A stretch of DNA of 64,000 nt from an uncultured virus (IMG/VR IMGVR_UViG_3300025021_000095) (lineage: Duplodnaviria; Heunggongvirae; Uroviricota; Caudoviricetes): the IMG/VR virus record IMGVR_UViG_3300025021_000095, one strand, 5' to 3'. Shown piece by piece: positions 10,183-19,112 of the stretch. Both the position numbers and the translations under genes were made by a program. A model generated the notes under the pieces. It did not search any database, had not been told where the DNA came from, and saw only the letters and a program-made list of their open reading frames with translations. The number at the start of each line of letters is the position of its first letter. Within the stretch, counting starts at the first letter, position 1.

Positions 10183-10202
10183 TGTATCCCATTTTGTATC
10201 CC
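10183..10202 (+). repeat. Direct repeat TGTATCCC x2, candidate integrase arm-binding sites
   Basis: TGTATCCC at 10183 and 10195, about 80 nt inside the att core. Confidence 0.45.
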
Positions 10203-10228
10203 GCCCTCCCCTTCCAGGAAGGCGTCCG

Positions 10229-10468
10229 ATGAGCGGGGACCTTGGCCCCATAGGCTTCGAGGCCGTGGTGCACGCGTGGAAGCCCACCGGCCGACTGCGC
10301 TATGCCGCTAAAGCGAACACGCCCTGCATACCCCCGGCTCTTCAGCAAGAGTGGGCGTGCGAAAACCACGGCGAGCGCGAGTGGCGCAACGTACCCTTCG
10401 TCGTACTCGCAGAGCCAACGGCCCCGCTCGTCCCCTCCCCCGCCTCCAGCGTTCAGGGAGGTGGGTGA
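10229..10468 (+). CDS. Phage hypothetical protein
   Basis: 79 aa ORF, RBS, stop overlaps the next start. Confidence 0.6.
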   Translation: MSGDLGPIGFEAVVHAWKPTGRLRYAAKANTPCIPPALQQEWACENHGEREWRNVPFVVLAEPTAPLVPSPASSVQGGG

Positions 10469-10884
10469 TGGGCTGGGCTGTCGGATACGACGACCGCCTG
10501 AGCCGCGATGTCGGCTACGGCGTTCCCGCGAAGTGTGATCATCCCGGATGCGACGCGGAGATCGACCGCGGGCTAGCGCACATCTGCGGCGGTGATCCCT
10601 ATGGCGGTGAGCACGGCTGCGGCCTGCATTTCTGCGGCTCGCACCTGTTCATGAGTGGCCGACGGTCAGAGCACCCCGGAAGGCCACAGCTCTGTGAGGC
10701 TTGCTACCACGAGCGCGAGCCCTTTCCGCAAAAGCCCGACGTGCCGGAGTGGCTTGAGCATAAGCTCAGCGCGCCGAGCTGGGAGGAGTGGCGCACTGAG
10801 CATCCTGCCGAGGTCGCCGCAGCGCGCTTGGCCGTGTCTGGCCCCGTACGCTTCACTGTCTTCAGCGTTCAAGGACATGAGTGA
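10468..10884 (+). CDS. Phage Cys/His-rich hypothetical protein
   Basis: MGWAVGYD...RDVGYGVPAKCDHPGC...CGLHFCGSH; GGAGG RBS. Confidence 0.75.
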   Translation: MGWAVGYDDRLSRDVGYGVPAKCDHPGCDAEIDRGLAHICGGDPYGGEHGCGLHFCGSHLFMSGRRSEHPGRPQLCEACYHEREPFPQKPDVPEWLEHKLSAPSWEEWRTEHPAEVAAARLAVSGPVRFTVFSVQGHE

Positions 10885-11273
10885 TGCCCGCCTTAGTTTG
10901 CCTATCGCAGGATCGCGTGGAGCGCGGTCGAACGGTTCCGGGCGATAAAGAATGCGACGACCTTCTCCAAGAGCTTCGCCAAGTGACTGGGGAGGACTGG
11001 ATTGTCCTCACCTATACGCAGAGACATCCACGTGGCTTCTTCGATGCCGTTCGTGGGCGGCCACCAATTTCGTTCCTGATCTACTCGCTCTACGCCGACT
11101 GCCATGGCGAGTGGCAGGTCATCAACTGCTTCACGCGGGAAGGCGTGTCGATCTTCAACCTCGGCGCGGAAAGCCGGGAAACGGTCATGAACTACATGCT
11201 CGGCTATGTCGCCGGCATCTACGCGGCGCAGCGGCGGCCTCCGCTCTTGGCGACTGAGGGAGACCTTCAGTGA
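10881..11273 (+). CDS. Phage hypothetical protein
   Basis: Coupled ORF; start uncertain. Confidence 0.6.
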   Translation: MMPALVCLSQDRVERGRTVPGDKECDDLLQELRQVTGEDWIVLTYTQRHPRGFFDAVRGRPPISFLIYSLYADCHGEWQVINCFTREGVSIFNLGAESRETVMNYMLGYVAGIYAAQRRPPLLATEGDLQ

Positions 11274-11629
11274 GCACCACTTCCGGACCATGGACCGTTC
11301 TGTTCGAGAATTGTGGCAATGGCGCAAACATCGGCGTGATCCACGATGGTCTCCCGATCACTCTAGCCTGGACGGGGGCCGTACGTAGTCCCGCCGTCCT
11401 TCGGAGCCACAAAGCAATTGAAAACGCAGAGGCAGTTGCCAATGCTCACTTGATGGCAGCAGCATTCGAGATGCTTCCAGCGGGAAAGCATCTCGCAATC
11501 AAACTCGCTGAAGCCTACCGCGCCGCCGGTGTCGATCCCGCCAAATGTCAGGCCATACACGAATGGATGGCGGTCGCCGCAAAGGCCGACCCCACCCCCT
11601 CCACACCGGATACGGGAGGCAAGAAATGA
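11270..11629 (+). CDS. Phage hypothetical protein
   Basis: T-x-GPW N-terminus and ANAHLMAAA motif common in phage early proteins. Confidence 0.7.
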   Translation: MSTTSGPWTVLFENCGNGANIGVIHDGLPITLAWTGAVRSPAVLRSHKAIENAEAVANAHLMAAAFEMLPAGKHLAIKLAEAYRAAGVDPAKCQAIHEWMAVAAKADPTPSTPDTGGKK

Positions 11630-11856
11630 CGGCGATCATGCAATGGGAGATCGACCGCAAGCGGTTCAGCGCGCTCAAGGACTCCGGCATCTTTCCCCTG
11701 CCCAAGGCCCGCGACCTGATCCTTCATGCGGCCTTAGATGACGTGATCGCCAACGGCGGTACGCTCGTCGTGGTGGCGACTGAGGACAAACTGACGGTCG
11801 TTCAGCGAGCCGACACGGAAGACCTCACCCCCTCGGAGCCGGAGGACGGACGATGA
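11626..11856 (+). CDS. Phage hypothetical protein
   Basis: ATGA coupling, GGAGG RBS. Confidence 0.6.
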   Translation: MTAIMQWEIDRKRFSALKDSGIFPLPKARDLILHAALDDVIANGGTLVVVATEDKLTVVQRADTEDLTPSEPEDGR

Positions 11857-12110
11857 GGGAGCATTCGGTTCCGAAGAACCCTGACCCCTGGCCGCGCCTC
11901 TACTGGTTCCGGTTCGGCGGTGAAGGGCTACCGGTTTCTCTGCCTTCCCTGAAGACGCCGACGCACCTTCGCTGGCGTCGCATCCATGGCGTCCAGTTCG
12001 GGCGGTGGTTCTTCGGCGTCATTGAGGGGGGTCCTGGCACTCAGTGGACGCCAGACCCCGCCTCCCCTTCATCCCCCATCCCGGTCGAGCGCGGGGGAGG
12101 CAAGCCGTGA
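11853..12110 (+). CDS. Phage hypothetical protein
   Basis: ATGA coupling, GGAGG RBS. Confidence 0.6.
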   Translation: MREHSVPKNPDPWPRLYWFRFGGEGLPVSLPSLKTPTHLRWRRIHGVQFGRWFFGVIEGGPGTQWTPDPASPSSPIPVERGGGKP

Positions 12111-12535
12111 GGGTCCTCGTCTGCGGAGGGCGTGACTACGGTGTCGTCCCTCGTGACCTCATCCGGGCACCCTGGGGCCATTATGCTCGCCAGCGTGCCG
12201 AGGATCAGATCGCGCGCCTCAACCGGACGCTATCCGAACGCGAACGGCCAAGCGTCGTCATCCATGGGGCCGCCGCCGGGGCAGACGAGTTCGCGCGCCG
12301 CTGGGCCAAGCACAACGGCGTGTCCGACGAGCCCTATCCTGCCAATTGGTATCCGAACGGCCGAGCCGGCGGCCTCGACAAGGCGGCGGGACCGAACCGC
12401 AACGCCCGCATGATCGCCGAGGGCAAGCCCGACCTCGTGATCGCCTTCCCTGGCGGCAAGGGCACCGCTGACATGATCCGCAAGGCTCGGGCTGCCGGCA
12501 TCCCGGTCGAGATCGTGGAGGAGAAGACGCCATGA
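12107..12535 (+). CDS. DUF2493 / YspA-like SLOG family protein
   Basis: RVLVCGGRDY, VIHGAAAGAD, AAGPNRNARM, AFPGGKGTADM. Confidence 0.88.
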   Translation: MRVLVCGGRDYGVVPRDLIRAPWGHYARQRAEDQIARLNRTLSERERPSVVIHGAAAGADEFARRWAKHNGVSDEPYPANWYPNGRAGGLDKAAGPNRNARMIAEGKPDLVIAFPGGKGTADMIRKARAAGIPVEIVEEKTP

Positions 12536-12795
12536 GCGATCTCCCCGACGACTTCTCCTTCCCGCCGCTGCCGGCGACCGTCATCGGTCACGTCCAGCGA
12601 TGGCACCCTATCGAGACAGCGCCGACGGATGGCGTGGCGATCCTTCTTGCCGTGGCCGATGAATGGGTGACGTGCGGTCGGCATTGCCCCGACGAGGGCT
12701 GGTACGAGCTGGGGAACGACCCGAGCGACGTGTGGGGAGGCCCGTTCTACCCCACTCACTGGATGCCCCTCCCGCCCCCTCCTGCGGGGACGTGA
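12532..12795 (+). CDS. DUF551-like protein
   Basis: WHPIETAPTDG...PTHWMPLPPPP. Confidence 0.75.
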   Translation: MSDLPDDFSFPPLPATVIGHVQRWHPIETAPTDGVAILLAVADEWVTCGRHCPDEGWYELGNDPSDVWGGPFYPTHWMPLPPPPAGT

Positions 12796-12825
12796 CGAAG
12801 CGGGACCTGATCTAAGGAGGAGAGG

Positions 12826-13038
12826 ATGGACGAGGACGAATTCGCGATCTGCATCGCCTGCCAATGCCCGGTGAAGGACGGCGACCTCTACTACGAGGAC
12901 GTGACCGAGGGGCCGCTGCACGCAGCCTGCTGTGGACCTGAGCCGGAGAGCTACCACCGCAATGGCGAGCCTCTGAAGCCCGGCGATCCGATCCCGGAGC
13001 CCGAGATCTATCGCTCGCTTCGACGGCTGCACAGCTAG
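12826..13038 (+). CDS. Phage hypothetical protein (CxxC/HxxC)
   Basis: AAGGAGGAG RBS; CIAC...HAAC. Confidence 0.65.
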   Translation: MDEDEFAICIACQCPVKDGDLYYEDVTEGPLHAACCGPEPESYHRNGEPLKPGDPIPEPEIYRSLRRLHS

Positions 13039-13093
13039 GCTAGGGTGGCCCCGATCTAACACCGCCATGGCGGCGTGGGAGGAGAGAAGACCG

Positions 13094-13345
13094 ATGAGCT
13101 ACGACGACATCGACTTTCCGATGCCTGCTCCCGGATGGATGCCAGTTGAAACCGCGCCGCGAGACGGCACCGAGATCATCTTGACGGATGGCGCAGACGT
13201 GGCCGCGGGGTTTTGGGACAACGGCGATCATCGCCCTCGCGGAGAAGGGCGTTGGCTTTTTGAATGCGATCGCGGCAACGAGCAGACTGCAAGACGCTGG
13301 CACCCTACCCATTGGCAGTGGCTTCCAGACCCGCCCGCCCCCTAG
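13094..13345 (+). CDS. DUF551-like protein
   Basis: WMPVETAPRDG...PTHWQWLPDPP. Confidence 0.72.
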   Translation: MSYDDIDFPMPAPGWMPVETAPRDGTEIILTDGADVAAGFWDNGDHRPRGEGRWLFECDRGNEQTARRWHPTHWQWLPDPPAP

Positions 13346-13426
13346 CTCAGGGCAGGAGCGACGGGAGGGGTCAGGGCGGGTGATGTCGCCGTTGCCGGCA
13401 CGGGCCATGGTCGTTACAGCCCCGCA

Positions 13427-13609
13427 ATGCCTAACAAGCTCATCGCGCTCCTTGAGCGTCTCAAGGCGCACCAGCGCACACTGATCCTTGCTGCCGCCGA
13501 AGTCGACGCGCTGCCGGCGGCGAGCGTCATCCGCCAGATCGCGGAACTGGAGAACGTGATCGCGGCCGTCGAGGCGGTCGCCGAGGAAGAGCGGCGGAGG
13601 CCGCGGTAG
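13427..13609 (+). CDS. Small helical hypothetical protein
   Basis: 60 aa amphipathic ORF convergent on umuC. Confidence 0.6.
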   Translation: MPNKLIALLERLKAHQRTLILAAAEVDALPAASVIRQIAELENVIAAVEAVAEEERRRPR

Positions 13610-13614
13610 GCCCC

Positions 13615-14904
13615 CTACGCCACCGCCACCGGCAACTCGCCGACCTGCGTGGTGTAGCGCGGGCTCCTCATCTCGAATTTTGTCGACCAGTCGCGCTTGG
13701 CGACGAGCCCGGCGCGCGCCGGCACCACGGCGCCGCGGCCGAAGCGCGCGTTGCAGGCGTCCATCGCCGCCATCAGCGGCCCTGAGCGCTCGCGATCGAG
13801 CTGCCCGATCAGTGCCCGCTGGCTCATCGCGAGCGGCACGAGGTCGACGGTGATGACGCCCGCTTTCGAGTAGCGCCAGGGCGGATCGCGCTGGTCGAGC
13901 CAGGTCCTGGCGACGCCGTGGCGCGCCGCCTTGATCAGGGTCAGGGTATCGTTCGAGGCCTCCGGCAGCCGCACCGTGGTCGAGATCGAGCGCATCGGCT
14001 CGCCGCGGTCATGCTCGCTGGTGTGGTAGAAGACGGTGACGTGGTCGGTGCCGAGGCCCTCCCGCCGCAGCTTCTCGCCGAGCCGGGTGCAGTGGGCCGA
14101 GACCGCCTCCTCGAGGCGCGCTCGGTCGGTGATGCGTGAGGAGAACGAGCGCGTCACGGCGCAGCCCTTCCGGGTCGCCGGCAGCGCTTCGAAGGGCAGG
14201 CACGGCAACCCGCGCAACTCGTAGATCAGGCGCTCGCCGACCACCGTCATGGCCTTGCGCACCGGCCGCGGGTCGAGGTCGCGGAGATCCGCCACCGAGT
14301 CGACGCCCATGGCCTCGAGCTTGGCGAGCGAGGCGCGGCCGATCCCCCAGACCTCGCCGACATGCACCCGGCAGAGCCAGTAGGCTGAGGCGGCATCGTC
14401 CGTGAGATCGCAGACCCCGCCGAGCTCTGGCACGCTCTTGGCAATGTGGTTGGCCAGTTTCGCCAGCGTCTTTGTCGGGCCGATCCCGACGCAGGTCGGG
14501 ATGCCGGTCCAGGCCCGCACCGTGGCGCGCAGGTCCCGCGCTAGCTCGACGCGCTCGCCCTCCCGCACGTCGGAGAGGTCGAGGAACGATTCGTCGATGG
14601 AGTAGATCTCCACACGCGGCGCGAACCCCCGATAGACCTCGTTCGTCCGCCGGCTCATGTCGCCGTAGAGGGTGTAGTTCGACGAGAACACCCGCACGCC
14701 CTGGCTGCGGCACATCTCTCGGATCTGGAAGTAGGGCGTGCCCATCTTGATCCCGAGCGCCTTGGCCTCGCTCGTCCGGGCGATCGCGCAGCCGTCGTTG
14801 TTCGAGAGCACCACCACGGGCACGCGGTCGAGCTTCGGATCGAACACCCGCTCGCAGGAGCAGTAGAAGCTGTTGCCGTCGATCAGCGCGACGGCGCGGG
14901 TCAT
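13615..14904 (-). CDS. umuC: Y-family DNA polymerase (UmuC-like, DUF4113 C-terminus)
   Basis: [36 protein letters not shown]. Confidence 0.95.
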   Translation of the reverse strand: MTRAVALIDGNSFYCSCERVFDPKLDRVPVVVLSNNDGCAIARTSEAKALGIKMGTPYFQIREMCRSQGVRVFSSNYTLYGDMSRRTNEVYRGFAPRVEIYSIDESFLDLSDVREGERVELARDLRATVRAWTGIPTCVGIGPTKTLAKLANHIAKSVPELGGVCDLTDDAASAYWLCRVHVGEVWGIGRASLAKLEAMGVDSVADLRDLDPRPVRKAMTVVGERLIYELRGLPCLPFEALPATRKGCAVTRSFSSRITDRARLEEAVSAHCTRLGEKLRREGLGTDHVTVFYHTSEHDRGEPMRSISTTVRLPEASNDTLTLIKAARHGVARTWLDQRDPPWRYSKAGVITVDLVPLAMSQRALIGQLDRERSGPLMAAMDACNARFGRGAVVPARAGLVAKRDWSTKFEMRSPRYTTQVGELPVAVA

Positions 14905-15368
14905 CGCACGGCCGCCGCCCGCGGGAGATGCCAGCGGAACGAGAAGCGGCTCACACCCCAGATCTCGACCTCCGTCACATCGTCGACGGCGAAGGCCGGC
15001 ATCTCCTCGTTGTCGAAGGCGAGCCGGGCCCGGTTGCCGTCGAGGCGGAAGCGCTTGATCGACATCTGCCCGTCGACGTTGGCGACGACGATGCTGCCGT
15101 GCACGGGCGAGAGGCTACGGTCGACGCAGGCGAGGTCGCGGTCGAAGATGCCGGCGCCGCGCATCGAGTCGCCCCGGACCTGCCAGAGGAAGGTGGCCGG
15201 CGGGTTCGGGACGAGCCAGCGCGGCAACTCCAGCGCGCCTTCGAGGAAGTCGTCGGCCGGGCTCGGGAAGCCCGCGCAAAGCGCCTGACCCATGAGCGGC
15301 ACCCGCACGAGGCCGGAAGGCAAATCGGCCGGGTCGATGATGCGATAGGCGGACGCGACCCTGCCCAT
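14901..15368 (-). CDS. umuD: UmuD-like S24 peptidase
   Basis: [10 protein letters not shown] cleavage region, VRGDSM serine, SIKR lysine. Confidence 0.92.
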   Translation of the reverse strand: MGRVASAYRIIDPADLPSGLVRVPLMGQALCAGFPSPADDFLEGALELPRWLVPNPPATFLWQVRGDSMRGAGIFDRDLACVDRSLSPVHGSIVVANVDGQMSIKRFRLDGNRARLAFDNEEMPAFAVDDVTEVEIWGVSRFSFRWHLPRAAAVR

Positions 15369-15373
15369 CTGGG

Positions 15374-15589
15374 CTAGGCCCTGGTGCGTGAGCGTGCCGG
15401 ACGGACACGGCCCTTGGGGGCTCGCCACTCGGGATTGCCAAGCCGACGGCTTCTGGTCGACGCGTCCGCCAAGGCATCCCTGATGGCGAGGCGAAGCGCT
15501 GCCGACGGATTGCCGGCGGCGCGCGCGAGGTAGACCTCGGCGGTGCGCTCGATCTCCGAGGCCCTCCCGGCCGTATGCACCATATCCAT
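15374..15589 (-). CDS. Small hypothetical protein leading the umuDC operon
   Basis: ERTAEVYLARAAGNPSAALRLAIRDALAD; directly after the SOS box. Confidence 0.65.
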   Translation of the reverse strand: MDMVHTAGRASEIERTAEVYLARAAGNPSAALRLAIRDALADASTRSRRLGNPEWRAPKGRVRPARSRTRA

Positions 15590-15607
15590 CGACTCGCTCC
15601 CGGATGA

Positions 15608-15622
15608 GAACGAATGTAGAAC
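15608..15622 (-). promoter_or_regulatory. LexA (SOS) box
   Basis: GAAC gaatgta GAAC upstream of the orf-umuD-umuC operon. Confidence 0.85.
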
Positions 15623-15732
15623 AGATCGGTTGCGCAAGGGTCAACGGCCGAGGTCGCAGAGCCCCCTGTGGATGGATGTGGACGGCGCAACAGCTGCGAT
15701 TTTATCGCGTCTGCATCGCATTTGCGCTTGCG

Positions 15733-15756
15733 AATATCGCAGGCGTGTGCGATATT
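15733..15756. promoter_or_regulatory. TA operator inverted repeat
   Basis: AATATCGCA-N6-TGCGATATT immediately upstream of the toxin start. Confidence 0.7.
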
Positions 15757-15762
15757 ATCGCC

Positions 15763-16005
15763 ATGAAGCAGATCGCCTTCACCGCCGCCGCCCTGAAGAG
15801 CCTCCGCAAGCTCCCGAAGGCCGCCCGCCTCGCCATTCTGGCGAAGGTCGAGGCCTACGCTGAGACGGGCGCCGGCAACACGAAGGCGCTGGTCGGCCGC
15901 CCCGGCGTCCGCCTGCGGAGCGGCGACTACCGCGCCCTGTTCATTGAGACGGCCGACGCGATCGAGGTCTTTGCGGTGGGCAATCGCCGTGACATCTACG
16001 ACTGA
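15763..16005 (+). CDS. RelE/ParE-family toxin
   Basis: IAFTAAALKSLRKLP...RLRSGDYRALF...VGNRRDIYD. Confidence 0.88.
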   Translation: MKQIAFTAAALKSLRKLPKAARLAILAKVEAYAETGAGNTKALVGRPGVRLRSGDYRALFIETADAIEVFAVGNRRDIYD

Positions 16006-16017
16006 GGAGAGGCGACC

Positions 16018-16407
16018 ATGAAGCCCCAGATCATCAAGACCGACGGCGGCGAAGAACTCGTCGTCCTCACCCGCCGGGCGTACGACGCTCTTCTGGCTCG
16101 CGCCGGTGACGAGGATGCCGAGGATCGTGCAACCGCGCGCCTCGCCGAGGATCATCTCGCCGACGAGGCCGAGGGCCGGACCGCCACCGTTCCGCACTGG
16201 TTCGTGAAGCTCGTCGCCGAGCACGACTCGCCGGTGACCGCGGCCCGCAAGCACAAGGGCCTGACGCAGGCCGGGCTCTGCGCCGTCCTCGGCATCTCGC
16301 AGGGGCATCTGAGCGACATCGAGCGCGGGCGCCGCAGCCTGACCGACGAGCAGCGCCGTCAGATCGCCAGCGCGACCGGCGTGGAGGCCGCTTGGCTCGT
16401 CGACTGA
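16018..16407 (+). CDS. XRE-HTH antitoxin (HigA-like)
   Basis: RKHKGLTQAGL...ISQGHLSDIERGRR; follows the toxin. Confidence 0.85.
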   Translation: MKPQIIKTDGGEELVVLTRRAYDALLARAGDEDAEDRATARLAEDHLADEAEGRTATVPHWFVKLVAEHDSPVTAARKHKGLTQAGLCAVLGISQGHLSDIERGRRSLTDEQRRQIASATGVEAAWLVD

Positions 16408-16455
16408 GGGGCGGCCGCCACTTGCCCGGCCGGGCAACCCGCGTACCCTGCGACC

Positions 16456-16725
16456 ATGCCCGACGCACCCCAGACCCTCGGCGATCTCATCAAGGCGAAG
16501 GTGCTGAGCATTGAGCAGCTTCACGCCGCGGCCGACGCCTACATGGTCGATCCGACGACGACGCTGTTCGTGTTCGAGGGCGCGGGCTACGCCGTGAACC
16601 CGGCGGAATCAGTGCGGGCGCACCGGCAGGCGTCGGACGTGCTCAGGGACCCTAACGCCTCGCGCGGCTTCAAGCGGACCATGGTGCTGACGGCGTTGGT
16701 TTTGGGGCCGGTAGAGAAGCGCTGA
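16456..16725 (+). CDS. Hypothetical protein
   Basis: 89 aa ORF with host-like codon usage. Confidence 0.6.
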   Translation: MPDAPQTLGDLIKAKVLSIEQLHAAADAYMVDPTTTLFVFEGAGYAVNPAESVRAHRQASDVLRDPNASRGFKRTMVLTALVLGPVEKR

Positions 16726-16735
16726 GCGTTGCCAA

Positions 16736-17383
16736 ATGAAGATTACGAACTTAATCGACTTGGCCATTTCCAAATCCATGGCAGAGTTTTCCAACAGAGG
16801 GAAGGAATGGCTTATTTTATCGTTCCGATTGGGCGGCCTACTTCCAAAGTCCTTGCTGGTAGCTAATCTTCAGCGTGTATCGCAATTCGACATGCTTATT
16901 TGCGCCATGGAAAGGGAGCTTATAGAAGATATCAATTCTGGTAATTCAGGTTCAGTATCATCATTGTCTATGCTTTCGGCTTTATGGATTGCTGACTTAT
17001 ATGAAGTTATGCGTGTTATGCATACTAACGAAAGAAATCATATATTGGAACATACCGTCCGCACTGATAGACTTTATCGAAAGATAGAGAATTTGAGAAT
17101 TGCATTGTGCAAGCACGAAATAGCAAAAGATGCTAAAATTAAGGGTTCTATTGCATTCAAAGCTTTCGGCGATAGGGATGCAGACCAAACATACATATAT
17201 GACAAGTCTGATGGTCTTCGTTCACACATTATGCCATGCGGTATTTCGCTTAGAGGCTCGCTCTGCTGGCAAGCTGTTGATGGCAGAACATCGGAAAGCG
17301 AATGGTTGGAGCGTCGCTATCTGGCTGATGAATTCCTTTTAGCATATCAAGCTTCTCAGATGCCCGCTTCCGCAGAGCCGTAG
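16736..17383 (+). CDS. Low-GC moron, hypothetical protein
   Basis: 215 aa, visibly AT-rich; LRIALCKHE motif. Confidence 0.75.
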   Translation: MKITNLIDLAISKSMAEFSNRGKEWLILSFRLGGLLPKSLLVANLQRVSQFDMLICAMERELIEDINSGNSGSVSSLSMLSALWIADLYEVMRVMHTNERNHILEHTVRTDRLYRKIENLRIALCKHEIAKDAKIKGSIAFKAFGDRDADQTYIYDKSDGLRSHIMPCGISLRGSLCWQAVDGRTSESEWLERRYLADEFLLAYQASQMPASAEP

Positions 17384-17409
17384 CTTCGAGCCTCGGTCTG
17401 CATCAAAGC

Positions 17410-17444
17410 AAAAAGCCCGCCGCGGCGAACCGGGCGGGCTGAGT
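17410..17444 (-). terminator. Intrinsic terminator at the end of the late operon
   Basis: GC hairpin plus U-tract on the minus strand; identical to 4437..4471. Confidence 0.8.
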
Positions 17445-17535
17445 CACTCAGGAAGAACCCTTGGGAAGGTTCGGCGCGGAACTTAGACTAAAGTAGGAGA
17501 TCGCCAAGGCCTGGCATACCAGATGGTGAAGACGG

Positions 17536-17637
17536 CTAAGGCGGCCCCCGATCCAGCCATCCCTGCCAGCGGGCGCCGAAGTAGCCGATGAGGATGCCGA
17601 TCCCGACCCCGGCGCAGAGGGCAACGTCCCAGCTCAC
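17536..17637 (-). CDS. 33-aa single-TM protein, last gene of the lysis cassette
   Basis: MSWDVALCAGVGIGILIGYFGARWQGWLDRGPP; GTGA overlap; decayed homolog at 4311. Confidence 0.6.
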   Translation of the reverse strand: MSWDVALCAGVGIGILIGYFGARWQGWLDRGPP

Positions 17638-18194
17638 GGCGCCCTCGCCACGATCTCGAAGTTCAGCGGGGGCAGCATCACGACGATGGACCAGCCGAGC
17701 GCCCGCTGGAGCGGGTTGCAGTCGTAGGCCAGCACGCCATTGAGGCGGCCGCGGCCCGGCATGGCGTCGAGCGGGATGAACGGCCCCGTGATTTCGGTTT
17801 CATTGCCGACCTCGCCGTAGGCGTCGAAGCGCTCGGGCTCGAAGTCGAGGCGGCGGCCGGCTCCGTCGATGATCCACCAGCGCCGGGTCAGCTCGCACTG
17901 GCGCGTGCGGACGCGGTTGCCCTTCACGAGCAGGCGCTCGCCGACGCGGACCTGTCCGTTCGGGTTCACGACCTCCCGGCTGATCTGCCGGACGGGTGGC
18001 TCACGGTCGACGGCCATGGAGAAGATCCACGCGAAGCCGAGCAGCATCAGGCTCCAGTAGAGGACGCTGGCGACGCGCTCGCTCATCGGCTTGCGGCGGG
18101 ACGGCCCATGCGCGAGTTCGATGGCGCGGGCGAACATCAGGCTGCTGGCTTCGATCTCGGGATCGGGCACCTCGGGACGATGCAGGATGCTCAT
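17634..18194 (-). CDS. Single-TM lysis-cassette protein
   Basis: TM VLYWSLMLLGFAWIFSMAV then a beta-rich domain with Cys pair (...YDCNPLQ). Confidence 0.7.
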   Translation of the reverse strand: MSILHRPEVPDPEIEASSLMFARAIELAHGPSRRKPMSERVASVLYWSLMLLGFAWIFSMAVDREPPVRQISREVVNPNGQVRVGERLLVKGNRVRTRQCELTRRWWIIDGAGRRLDFEPERFDAYGEVGNETEITGPFIPLDAMPGRGRLNGVLAYDCNPLQRALGWSIVVMLPPLNFEIVARAP

Positions 18195-18475
18195 GGATGC
18201 GGAATGCCGCCCTTGATGATGATCGTGCCGAGGATCGCGGTCAGGATGACCCCGCCGATGATCTGCACGACCCACTTGTTCCAGTTGCGGAGGCCCTGGA
18301 CCTCTTCCTCAAGAGCCTTCAGCTCCGCCTTGGTGGCGAAGCTGCTCTTCAGCTCCCGCAGCTCGCCTCGAAGCTCCGTCACCATGCGGCCGACCTCTTC
18401 GACCTTTTGGTTCGTGACCGCCTGCGCGATCTGAAGGGCGACCAGGGACGTCGGATCGCCGGCACTATCGGGCAT
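18191..18475 (-). CDS. Coiled-coil plus C-terminal TM protein (XhlA-like, lysis cassette)
   Basis: Coiled coil followed by KWVVQIIGGVILTAILGTIII. Confidence 0.65.
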   Translation of the reverse strand: MPDSAGDPTSLVALQIAQAVTNQKVEEVGRMVTELRGELRELKSSFATKAELKALEEEVQGLRNWNKWVVQIIGGVILTAILGTIIIKGGIPHP

Positions 18476-18564
18476 GGTCACCTCGGGTCCGTCGTCCGGC
18501 CCGCCTCTCTGATGGGTGTCGAGCATGGTCGGGCCCTCGCGCGGCTGGCCTCACGAGAGGGGAG

Positions 18565-19110
18565 TCAGCGCTGCGGCGCCCCGGGGATCGCGCCCGGTAC
18601 ACCCGTGGTCCGCTCGTAGGTGCGCTGGAAGCCAAGGCCGAGGAGACCGGCCAGGATCGGCCAGAGGTCGTTCATGGCGAGCGTCGGCGGCGCCGGAAAC
18701 GCCACGTCGAGCGCGACGCCCACGATGGCGCCGGCCCAGGTGACGACGGGGGCGACCACGTACTGGTAGGCGAGCCCGGCCACGCAGACCCACGCCGCGG
18801 CTGGCCGCCAGCGCGACGAGAAGCGGTCGTTGCCCTGGGCCTCGGCGAGGTTGATGGCGGCCTGCTGCTCGTTCTGGGCCTGCACGGCGGCGGTGAGCGC
18901 CGTCTCCCGCGCCGTCAGCGCCTGCTCGATCTCGCGCTGTGCCTCGGCCTTCTGCGTCGGGTCCGGGATGGTGCGGTCGACGATGACCTTGGCGATCTCC
19001 GCCACGCTCGGGATCGCCGCGCCGATGCCGGCACCGATCGCGGGGCCCGCGCCACCGGTCACGATGCCGCCGATGATGGAGCCGATCGCTCCGCCGATGC
19101 CACCGGCCAT
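18565..19110 (-). CDS. Holin (3TM/GTA-holin family)
   Basis: INLAEAQ...FSSRWRPAAAWVC...LLGLGFQRTYE; follows the endolysin. Confidence 0.85.
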   Translation of the reverse strand: MAGGIGGAIGSIIGGIVTGGAGPAIGAGIGAAIPSVAEIAKVIVDRTIPDPTQKAEAQREIEQALTARETALTAAVQAQNEQQAAINLAEAQGNDRFSSRWRPAAAWVCVAGLAYQYVVAPVVTWAGAIVGVALDVAFPAPPTLAMNDLWPILAGLLGLGFQRTYERTTGVPGAIPGAPQR

Positions 19111-19112
19111 GG

